Shown here in pieces: positions 1 to 6,899 of a DNA stretch of 10,685 nucleotides (position 1 is its first letter; each line of letters opens with the position of its first letter). Made by a program: the position numbers and the translations under genes. Source of the DNA: a bacterium (GTDB taxonomy: Bacteria; Patescibacteriota; Patescibacteriia; UBA1558; S5-K13); assembly GCA_029555085.1 (NCBI GenBank), contig JAKPTO010000039.1:1-10685 (forward strand). The letters run 5' to 3'. The notes below the pieces were generated by a model. The model saw only the letters and a list, made by a program, of their open reading frames with translations, was not told where the DNA came from and did not search any database.

Positions 1-126
1 GAAAGAAGAAAAGCTATCGGCAATGGATGGACAATTCCCGTAATACAACATATTTTTGAATGTCTGAAAAAAGAAATTGAAACCAAACAAGGGATTTTAC
101 TTAATAATGTTCAGACTAGGTTATAA
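1..126 (+). CDS. DNA (cytosine-5)-methyltransferase, C-terminal fragment (5'-truncated by window edge)
   Basis: Frame 1 reads ERRKAIGNGWTIPVIQHIFECLKKEIETKQGILLNNVQTRL* (TAA 124-126). RxKAIGNGWTxxVIxHIF matches motif X at the C-terminus of phage-type C5 MTases. Not in the ORF track. Confidence 0.8.
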   Translation, partial: ERRKAIGNGWTIPVIQHIFECLKKEIETKQGILLNNVQTRL

Positions 127-179
127 CCAAATATTTTTAACTGTAAGTAATATATAAAATAATCTTAAAAATTTATAAA

Positions 180-290
180 ATGATGTTAACAACAAATCCA
201 TTTTTAGTTATTTTATCAGCAATTGTTGTATTACTGATTGTAATTGGATTTAATGTTTTAATAAATTGTTGGATGGAAAAAAAAAGATAA
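180..290 (+). CDS. Small single-pass membrane protein (36 aa)
   Basis: ATG 180 to TAA 290 gives MMLTTNPFLVILSAIVVLLIVIGFNVLINCWMEKKR: one hydrophobic stretch of ~22 aa and a basic tail, with an A-rich leader. Below the ORF track cutoff. Confidence 0.55.
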   Translation: MMLTTNPFLVILSAIVVLLIVIGFNVLINCWMEKKR

Positions 291-354
291 GTCATACATT
301 CGTCTGATTGTGAATGGGGTGATGGAGAAATCTATCCCCCATTCTTCGTATGAC
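291..354 (+). other. Nested stem-loop with GAAA tetraloop (candidate structured RNA or processing element)
   Basis: GAATGGGG(312-319)/CCCCATTC(337-344) and GATGGA(321-326)/TCTATC(331-336) close a GAAA loop (327-330). Outer stem GTCATAC(291-297)/GTATGAC(348-354). Confidence 0.45.
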
Positions 355-436
355 ACCAAATATAAAGATAAAAATATGATATAAAAGATACAAAATAATA
401 AAAAAGTAACCCCGTGAATAAAAAGCATCTACAGCG

Positions 437-452
437 ACAACTCAAGTGGCAA
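437..452. repeat. 16-bp inverted repeat, left copy (partner at 1200-1215)
   Basis: ACAACTCAAGTGGCAA is the exact reverse complement of TTGCCACTTGAGTTGT at 1200-1215. Confidence 0.85.
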
Positions 453-473
453 ACAACATTTTCTGGTCTTTTA

Positions 474-499
474 TTTGATAATGAAGATATTTATATTGC
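474..499 (+). promoter_or_regulatory. Possible promoter upstream of the 518 ORF
   Basis: TTTG (474-477) followed by TATATTGC (492-499), similar to the Bacteroidetes -33 TTTG / -7 TAnnTTTG layout but with a short spacer and an imperfect -7 element. Confidence 0.3.
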
Positions 500-517
500 A
501 AAACAATCTAACACATT

Positions 518-751
518 ATGGATAAAGAATTGGTCTATTTATTCCTTTACAACTCGATGATATACCAAAATGGTTGGACTACACAGAGCGTACACAAAAC
601 AAGAAAAAGTGCCGAGAAAGCAATGGAAGAACATAAGTCCGAGGCAAAACTTAAATGGGAACATGACTTCATTACTAATGAAGAAAGAATACAACACCCA
701 TTCGGAAAATATGAAGACTGGCGAATTAGCGCAATGGTACTAGAACCATAG
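518..751 (+). CDS. Hypothetical protein (77 aa)
   Basis: Clean ATG-TAG ORF with A-rich leader. The SVHKTRKSAEKAM segment is typical of small phage proteins; no family recognised. Confidence 0.7.
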   Translation: MDKELVYLFLYNSMIYQNGWTTQSVHKTRKSAEKAMEEHKSEAKLKWEHDFITNEERIQHPFGKYEDWRISAMVLEP

Positions 752-838
752 TCTGAAATTATTTTCGAAAAAAAGTAACCAAAAATTTGGTATTCTGATC
801 TTTTTTATATATATTTTATTTTGACAATAAAATATATC

Positions 839-1087
839 ATGAAATCTTTATCTTCTCGTATGACAAAAAAAACCAAACCGGAGAGCGGAAAAAAAAGAGC
901 TCCGGCTAATCGGGCTCCTAGGAGAATGTTTGCCCTGTCATATATCCCTATTGCCCACCATGTGTATTACACTGGGTACTCTTTCCGCACCCGTGTCGCC
1001 ATAGATGGTAAAACACATTCGTGGAATACGTCAGACAAAAAGAAAGCAATAGAGTACAGGGACTTCCTCCTACTAACAAGAGAATGA
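839..1087 (+). CDS. Small basic DNA-binding protein, AP2 / integrase arm-binding-like domain
   Basis: The track start at 821 is TTG; ATG 839 or 860 is more likely. Basic N-terminal tail, then HVYYTGYSFRTRVAIDGKTHSWNTSDKKKAIEYRD, the three-strand-plus-helix pattern of AP2/arm-type domains. Confidence 0.55.
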   Translation: MKSLSSRMTKKTKPESGKKRAPANRAPRRMFALSYIPIAHHVYYTGYSFRTRVAIDGKTHSWNTSDKKKAIEYRDFLLLTRE

Positions 1088-1114
1088 GTACTTATCTTGT
1101 TTGAGCCCCCTGGG

Positions 1115-1145
1115 AAGGGACCGGTAATACGGTCCCTTTTTTTTT
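1115..1145 (+). terminator. Rho-independent terminator
   Basis: AAGGGACCG(1115-1123)-GTAATA-CGGTCCCTT(1130-1138) perfect stem, with a T run to 1145, just downstream of the 1087 stop. Confidence 0.85.
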
Positions 1146-1152
1146 GCCCGAT

Positions 1153-1221
1153 TTGCCACTTGACTTTTCGTATGACACCAGATTAGCTTCGTATGACAAT
1201 TGCCACTTGAGTTGTATGACA
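1153..1221 (+). repeat. Cluster of interleaved direct repeats (TTGCCACTTGA x2; TCGTATGACA x2 plus TTGTATGACA)
   Basis: TTGCCACTTGA at 1153-1163 and 1200-1210. TCGTATGACA at 1168-1177 and 1189-1198, TTGTATGACA at 1212-1221. Further copies at 346-355 and 856-865. Confidence 0.85.
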
Positions 1222-1303
1222 ATGAGGGGGTTAGGTAATAATAGTCGTATTATTCTGGCCGGGCTGGTCTGGGGTTATAACATATTGATTATCAGTGTTG
1301 TTA

Positions 1304-1331
1304 TTTTCCTATAATAGGTGTTATGTTAAGT
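1304..1331 (+). other. dif-like XerC/XerD site-specific recombination site
   Basis: TTTTCCTATAA-TAGGTG-TTATGTTAAGT has the 11+6+11 architecture. The right arm is 10/11 identical to the canonical XerD arm TTATGTTAAAT and the left arm ends in ATAA like XerC arms. It lies where + and - strand genes converge. Confidence 0.8.
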
Positions 1332-1540
1332 AAAAGACCGTAACTCATGTGACTTATATCATCTTCTAAAAATCTAAAACGTATTTTCCTAAAATCTAAA
1401 AAAATGAGGGGACTTCACACAGGGGACAATCCCAGACAGGACCCCCGCCAGAGGGCCAAAAATATATTGTCCTGATAACCATAGATTTTAAATGTCTGGT
1501 GATTAAATCCTTATAGAGATTTGATTCACGACAACTTATA

Positions 1541-1575
1541 GTGGTGTTAAGTGGGTGAAAGTGGTGTAATGTGGG
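1541..1575 (+). repeat. Four GTGG boxes at exact 10-bp period (MraZ-box-like phased repeat)
   Basis: GTGGTGTTAA GTGGGTGAAA GTGGTGTAAT GTGGG, with boxes starting at 1541, 1551, 1561 and 1571. Confidence 0.7.
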
Positions 1576-1783
1576 TTTATTATGCAATGACGAGAATATA
1601 GTCCATTGATGACCACCCGCCACGGGCTCGGGCTTCAATAAAGATTCTGTCCATTAATTCTTCGGGTAAATCAGATATTAGTTTATCTTTGTTATATTCG
1701 CAATTAGGTTGGTCTGGGAGTGGGTCATTTCCACGGCATATTTGGCTGTGCAATCGCCGAATGTTTCTGAAATTTGTATTAAT

Positions 1784-2425
1784 TTAATTATGATGATAAA
1801 TTTGTTTTATAATATTAATTTTTTTTTTTAAGAAATTAGCGGTGTTATTTTGTATTTGTTTTTGCATAGAAGATTTTGCTATAAAATTCGGGTCTGGTAT
1901 TCCTTTTAGATTGATATGAACTGGTCCCTCGTAATTAATATAAGTTAGATCCCGATAACAATGATGAATTTTCTTATCATTACATCGAACAAACCCAATA
2001 AGAAGATTATTTTCAAATTTGACTGCGGTATAAGTGTATTTGTTTTGTATGGAGTTTAAATATGCGTTCATATATATTTTATGTGGCATATTATCAACTT
2101 TTTCAAAATCTAAAGGAATAAGATCACTAGTTGAGACGTTACCATTAAAATCAATAAAAATTATATTATCCCAAGTCATTGCGAGGGTGGAAATAGGTGA
2201 GATAAGGCCAAAATTCATAATTGACAAAAATTTATATTTATTATCAGTAATAACATTATAAGTTTTTGCTCTTGTTTTGGGATCGACAACATGTAATAAT
2301 TGATGTATATCATTTTCAGTTATCAAATCATTATAATATTTAAATAAAATTGGAAGAGGTATATTTCTATTATCTTTTTCTTTTAAAAATTTAAAAAAGT
2401 TATTTATATGTTGTTTTCTATTCAT
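1784..2425 (-). CDS. Array paralog 10 (213 aa), repeat-module protein of unknown function
   Basis: QHINNFFKFLKEKDNRNIP N-cap, FGLISP..FIDFNGN, AYLNSIQ, INLKGIPDPNF, NNTANFL C-cap. 8-nt overlap (ATGAATAG) with the upstream gene. Confidence 0.9.
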   Translation of the reverse strand: MNRKQHINNFFKFLKEKDNRNIPLPILFKYYNDLITENDIHQLLHVVDPKTRAKTYNVITDNKYKFLSIMNFGLISPISTLAMTWDNIIFIDFNGNVSTSDLIPLDFEKVDNMPHKIYMNAYLNSIQNKYTYTAVKFENNLLIGFVRCNDKKIHHCYRDLTYINYEGPVHINLKGIPDPNFIAKSSMQKQIQNNTANFLKKKINIIKQIYHHN

Positions 2426-3002
2426 AATTTTTTATATCATTTAAAAATTCGATAGTATTCATCAATACACGTTCTTGAAATTTATCCAATGGATTAAATC
2501 CGGGGTCGGGATATCCAAATTTATTAACATTAATTGGTTTATGACATGTTAATAATTGTTTTTTGCTGGCGTATGATATAAAGAGATTGGAAAAGAAATA
2601 AATTGTATAATATATAAAATCATTTTGTATTGAGTTCATATATGGGGCGATATATCTATCATATTGAAAATCAATTAATTTTTGTAAATCGGTGCCAGTT
2701 GTAGATTTTTTTCCATTAATATCGATGAATATTGGTCCGTTCACGGTAGTATTGGCAAATGCGATATAATCTGAAATGGTACCGAAATTATAAACCGATA
2801 TAAAGTGTGGTTTATTATTTACCATTTTATTAAAAATTTTTGTTCTTGTTGTTACATCCACATAATATTTTATCACATTGAGTTCGGTTTTGGTTAATTT
2901 ATCGGGGAACAAGATAAATTTTACGGCCGATGGTAAATTTCTATTATCTATTTCTTTTAAATGTAGGAAAAAGTTTTTTATATGTTGGTTATTCATTATC
3001 AT
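2418..3002 (-). CDS. Array paralog 9 (~194 aa)
   Basis: Track start 3026; ATG 3002 or 2996 aligns better with the paralogs. QHIKNFFLHLKE, FIDINGKKS, YMNSIQ, GYPDPGF, NTIEFL. Confidence 0.9.
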   Translation of the reverse strand: MIMNNQHIKNFFLHLKEIDNRNLPSAVKFILFPDKLTKTELNVIKYYVDVTTRTKIFNKMVNNKPHFISVYNFGTISDYIAFANTTVNGPIFIDINGKKSTTGTDLQKLIDFQYDRYIAPYMNSIQNDFIYYTIYFFSNLFISYASKKQLLTCHKPINVNKFGYPDPGFNPLDKFQERVLMNTIEFLNDIKNYE

Positions 3003-3627
3003 TTTGTTTCGATAAAAAAGTTTCAATTTTAGATAAAAATTCGGTTGTATTATTTTTTAAAGCTTGTTCAAATCCGGTTTTTGGTTTAAAGATTATTCGT
3101 AAGTTTCCATTTAAATCGACGCATATTGGATTACAATATTCTATTACTTTTTTTTCATTTTTATTATTGGTAAATATATAAGTGGTTATATGTGAAAAAA
3201 GGTTATTATTAGAATCATATAAGACATTATTAAACATAAAATTATTCTGTATAGTATTAAGATATGCGGCAGTAGGTTTATCTGTTATGCTTTTTCTTTC
3301 ACTGGTTAAAATATTAAAATTGTCAATACATTTTTCTCCGTTTACATTGATAAAGACTTGTCCCAGATTACTATAAGCGAGAGCGATATTTGGTGAATAA
3401 TCGCCGAATTTTCCAACTATATGAAATTTAAAAGGATGGTTTGTTATATGATTTAATATATTTGCTCTTTCAACTATATTAATATTATATTTAAAATTTT
3501 CAATATCCATATTTGTCATATAATCCGGAAAATAGATAAATTTTATTGAAACGGGTATTTCTTTATTATCTTTTTCTTTTAAATGTAGAAAAAAGTTTTT
3601 TATATATTGATCATCGTTTTTCAGCAT
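2989..3627 (-). CDS. Array paralog 8 (~212 aa)
   Basis: Likely start ATG 3627 (track 3645). QYIKNFFLHLKEKD, FGDYSPNIALA, FINVNGEK, AYLNTIQ, NNTTEFL. Confidence 0.9.
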   Translation of the reverse strand: MLKNDDQYIKNFFLHLKEKDNKEIPVSIKFIYFPDYMTNMDIENFKYNINIVERANILNHITNHPFKFHIVGKFGDYSPNIALAYSNLGQVFINVNGEKCIDNFNILTSERKSITDKPTAAYLNTIQNNFMFNNVLYDSNNNLFSHITTYIFTNNKNEKKVIEYCNPICVDLNGNLRIIFKPKTGFEQALKNNTTEFLSKIETFLSKQNDNE

Positions 3628-4279
3628 TTTTCTTTTTATCTTCAATTTTATTTAAATAATCAATTGTATAATTCAGTATTCTTTCTTGTTCTTCATTTTT
3701 TGGTACAAAATAAGGATTAGGATATCCTATTTCATTAACACATATGGGTAAATAAAAGGTTAATCCCCTTGGGTTATTATCAATTTCACATTTAGTTTTG
3801 TTGGAGATAATGAGATCATCAACGATATCAATATCAAAATAAGTATATTCACATTGTATTGTATTAAAATACGGTATTAATGTTTCCTCATATGGTGTAA
3901 CTTTATTCATAAATGACATTTTGGTAAGATTAAGTAAATCTGAAAAATTTGCATTTTTGATGCTTTTATTTCCATCAATATCAATAAACACACTATAATA
4001 ACCCGCGCCATTTTTATTTAAAACATATGCAACAGCAAGAGATGGTACAATCGTATCAAATTCTTGAACCATAAAGAATAAATCATTTTCTTTGATTAGA
4101 GCATTAAACATATTGGCTCTACGTATGGAATTAATTTCGTATTTTATAAATTTAAGATCCTCATTGGTTAATTTATCGGGAAACAAGATGAATTTTATGG
4201 TTGCCGATAAATCTCTTTTTTCTTTTTCTTTTAAAAATAAGAAGAAATTTTTTATATATTGATTATTATTTATCATCAT
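3611..4279 (-). CDS. Array paralog 7 (~222 aa)
   Basis: Likely start ATG 4279 or 4276 (track 4297). QYIKNFFLFLKEKE, VFIDIDGNKS, YFNTIQ, GYPNPYF. Closest relative of paralog 6. Confidence 0.9.
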   Translation of the reverse strand: MMINNNQYIKNFFLFLKEKEKRDLSATIKFILFPDKLTNEDLKFIKYEINSIRRANMFNALIKENDLFFMVQEFDTIVPSLAVAYVLNKNGAGYYSVFIDIDGNKSIKNANFSDLLNLTKMSFMNKVTPYEETLIPYFNTIQCEYTYFDIDIVDDLIISNKTKCEIDNNPRGLTFYLPICVNEIGYPNPYFVPKNEEQERILNYTIDYLNKIEDKKKNAEKR

Positions 4280-4940
4280 CTGCGGCTTTAATTTCATTTA
4301 GATAAAAAATTGTGTAATCCTTTATTAATTCTTCTTGTTCATCTTTTGGTTCGAAATAAGGATCGGGGTATCCCATTTCATTAACACATATAGGGTTATG
4401 GCTGGTTATAACCTTTTGATTCTTATCAATTTCATATTCAGTCTTATTGGAAACAATGAGGTTATCATCGATATCAAGGTCAAAATGAATATATTTAAAT
4501 TGTATTGAATTAAGATAAGCCATTATTGTTTCCTCATATGTTGTAAATGTTTTCAGAAATGTCTGTTTGAAAAAATTAAATCGCAAATTCGAAAAATTTG
4601 CACCTTTGACACTTTTATTTCCATCAATATCAATAAAGACGGTATAATAACCATACCCGTATTTGCTATGTGCATATGCAACAGCGAGAGATGGTACAAC
4701 TGAGTCAAATTCTTTAACCAGATAGTATTTTTCATTTTCTTTGATTAGTGTATTAAACACATTGGATCTATGTATGGGATTAATTTTGTATTTTATAAAT
4801 TTAAAATCATTATCGGTCATTTTATCGGGAAACAAAATGAATTTTATGGTTGTCGGCAAATTTCTTTTATCTTTTTCTTTTAGATGTAAGAAAAAGTTTT
4901 TTATGTGTTGGTTATTATCTTGTTTAAGAAAACATTTCAT
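4266..4940 (-). CDS. Array paralog 6 (224 aa)
   Basis: QHIKNFFLHLKEKD, VFIDIDGNKS, AYLNSIQ, GYPDPYF, YTIFYLNEI. Confidence 0.9.
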   Translation of the reverse strand: MKCFLKQDNNQHIKNFFLHLKEKDKRNLPTTIKFILFPDKMTDNDFKFIKYKINPIHRSNVFNTLIKENEKYYLVKEFDSVVPSLAVAYAHSKYGYGYYTVFIDIDGNKSVKGANFSNLRFNFFKQTFLKTFTTYEETIMAYLNSIQFKYIHFDLDIDDNLIVSNKTEYEIDKNQKVITSHNPICVNEMGYPDPYFEPKDEQEELIKDYTIFYLNEIKAADDDK

Positions 4941-4956
4941 ATTTTGTTGTTGGGTT

Positions 4957-5583
4957 TTATATTTGTTGAAGGTTTTTTTTGTTTTTCATGGCTTCTAATA
5001 AAAAAGAAGTGTTTTCATATATAAATTTTTCCGAATCAATTCTTGGTATGAAGTTTAAATCTGGATAGCCATTTAAATTGATATTTATTACTTTAAAATA
5101 CGTAATAGATCTATTTTGGTTGGTAGCATTTATCACAGTTTCGGGTGTGAGAAAAAGTCCATCCATATTATAAAGGTATTTGTAAGAGAAAACGGTTTGT
5201 ATAGTATTGATATATGCTGTTAATTCTTGAAGTTGTGAGATGCAGCCACTTTTGTTTAATTTTGTGTAGTCAATTCCATCGATGCTTTTATTACCATTAA
5301 TATCAATAAACATAGGCCCATTATAAAATGTTTGTGCAAGGGCGACTGTTGGGGAATATTCACCAAATTTGAAAACATTTCGGAAGAAAATATTTTTAAT
5401 TTTTTTATTAAATATATTTGCTCTTTCACTGGGACTAATAGTATATTTAAATAAATTGAAATCTTTATTTGTCATTTCATCATCAAACATAACACATTTT
5501 ACTATAAGAGGTATTTTTTTATTCTCTTTGTTTTCCATGAATTTAAAAAAGTTTTTGATGTGTTGGTTATTATTTATTATCAT
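4957..5583 (-). CDS. Array paralog 5 (~208 aa)
   Basis: Start ATG 5583 or 5592. QHIKNFFKFMENKE, FGEYSPTVALA, MFIDINGNKS, AYINTIQ, NLNGYPD, NTSFLL. Confidence 0.9.
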   Translation of the reverse strand: MIINNNQHIKNFFKFMENKENKKIPLIVKCVMFDDEMTNKDFNLFKYTISPSERANIFNKKIKNIFFRNVFKFGEYSPTVALAQTFYNGPMFIDINGNKSIDGIDYTKLNKSGCISQLQELTAYINTIQTVFSYKYLYNMDGLFLTPETVINATNQNRSITYFKVININLNGYPDLNFIPRIDSEKFIYENTSFLLEAMKNKKNLQQI

Positions 5584-6184
5584 AACATCCATATTTGTTT
5601 ACTTCGTTCAAAAATTCGACAGTATTTTTTTGTATATTTTTTTCTATAACATTTTTCGGTTTAAAGTCTGGTTCTGGTTGTCCATTTAAATTGACATTTA
5701 TCAATTTAGGGTAAGTAAACACTCTTTTATAATAGTTAAAAGGTGATACTATAAGATCATCAACAAAATGAATATCATTATATGAAAAAATTTTTTGTAT
5801 CGAATTTAAATAAGTGTTCAAAGCTTTAAGATAACAACCATTTGTAGTTTTTTTAAAAACGGAAAAATCAATATCTTTGACGCTTATATTTCCCTCAATA
5901 TCAATGAATATCCAACCTATATATTTAGAATAAGCAAGGGCTAATGATGGTGAGACCATACCAAATGTTTGAACAACAATAAAACGTTCTTCACGTTTTT
6001 TTATTCTATTAAAAATATTTGCTCTTATGAATGGATCGAAATCATATTTTAATATTTCCACATCCTTATTTGTTATCATATGGGGAAATGTGGTAAATTT
6101 CACCTCAAACGGTATGTTTTTGTCATCTTTTTCTTTTAAAAAATTAAAAAAATTTTTTATATGTTGGTTATTATTATTTTGCAT
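5570..6184 (-). CDS. Array paralog 4 (204 aa)
   Basis: QHIKNFFNFLKEKD, FGMVSPSLALA, FIDIEGN, YLNSIQ, NLNGQPEPDF, NTVEFL. Confidence 0.9.
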   Translation of the reverse strand: MQNNNNQHIKNFFNFLKEKDDKNIPFEVKFTTFPHMITNKDVEILKYDFDPFIRANIFNRIKKREERFIVVQTFGMVSPSLALAYSKYIGWIFIDIEGNISVKDIDFSVFKKTTNGCYLKALNTYLNSIQKIFSYNDIHFVDDLIVSPFNYYKRVFTYPKLINVNLNGQPEPDFKPKNVIEKNIQKNTVEFLNEVNKYGCYDNK

Positions 6185-6238
6185 AAAAAATACCTTATAT
6201 CAACCGCAAATATAATATGTTTTAGTTGATAAAGGTAT
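6185..6238 (-). terminator. Hairpin plus U-tract (terminator/attenuator-like) immediately before the paralog 4 start codon
   Basis: On the - strand ATACCTTTATCAAC(6238-6225) pairs with GTTGATATAAGGTAT(6204-6190, one bulge), followed by a T run and then ATG 6184. The 20-nt loop is long for a terminator and contains TATATTTG. Confidence 0.5.
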
Positions 6239-6269
6239 GTATTTATTTTCTTTTTTCCAAATAAAAATG

Positions 6270-6899
6270 TTATTTTCCGGCTAATTTATTTCTTAATTGT
6301 ATTTCATATAAAAAAGCAACAGTATTATGATGTACAATTTTTTGAAAGTCAGTTTCGATATTAAAATCCGGATCGGGATAACCGTTTTTATTAATATTTA
6401 TTCTCCGGTGAAAAATCATGTCGGCCGTGTGATGAATTCGATCATGTCCTTTAAATAGTGTAATATTTGCAATAAGAAGGTTACCATGTGTTTCAAGGCC
6501 ATGATAGGAGAAAGTATCTTGTATTGAATTAATATATGCGTTATATTCATGCAGATCTGATATATTTCCGGTCTTTTTTATTTTTGATAAATCAATTCCT
6601 TCGACAGTTTTATTACCATTAATGTCAATAAACATTGGACCCTCACGACTGTATGCTAGTGTAACTGATGGTGAATAACGGCTAAAATCCATAACAGCAT
6701 TAAAAAAATATTTTTTCTTAATTTTTTTGTTAAATAAATCTGCTCTTGTTTGTGAATCAAGTCCATATTTAAAGATTCCGATTTCTTGTTTTGTCAATTC
6801 ATCATCAAATAAGGTGAATTTTATTGAGAAAGGAATATTTCTTTTTTCTTTTTTTTCTATGAATTTAAAAAAGCTTTTTATATGTTGTTCATTTTTCAT
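6270..6899 (-). CDS. Array paralog 3 (~209 aa)
   Basis: Likely start ATG 6899 (track 6905). QHIKSFFKFIEKKE, FSRYSPSVTLA, MFIDINGNK, AYINSIQ, NKNGYPDPDF, NTVAFL. Confidence 0.9.
   Translation of the reverse strand: MKNEQHIKSFFKFIEKKEKRNIPFSIKFTLFDDELTKQEIGIFKYGLDSQTRADLFNKKIKKKYFFNAVMDFSRYSPSVTLAYSREGPMFIDINGNKTVEGIDLSKIKKTGNISDLHEYNAYINSIQDTFSYHGLETHGNLLIANITLFKGHDRIHHTADMIFHRRININKNGYPDPDFNIETDFQKIVHHNTVAFLYEIQLRNKLAGK

Noticed and set aside
400-780. AAAAAAGTAACC repeated upstream of the 518 and 839 ORFs (400-411, 769-780)
   Set aside because: Half of it is a poly-A run and the distances to the starts differ; could be chance in AT-rich DNA.
1112-1119. KOPS motif GGGAAGGG pointing toward the dif-like site
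   Set aside because: It matches GGGNAGGG in the expected orientation, but it is a single copy overlapping the terminator stem and I saw no mirrored copies on the other side; insufficient.
1153-1221. Mini CRISPR array
   Set aside because: Repeats are only 10-11 bp with 11-13 bp gaps, and there are no cas genes.
1396-1638. 80-aa - strand ORF
   Set aside because: Atypical composition, non-ATG start, and it runs through the phased repeat region; probably spurious.
4553-4735. 60-aa - strand ORF nested in paralog 6 (and likewise 10264..10461)
   Set aside because: Out-of-frame ORFs inside well-supported genes, with no independent support.
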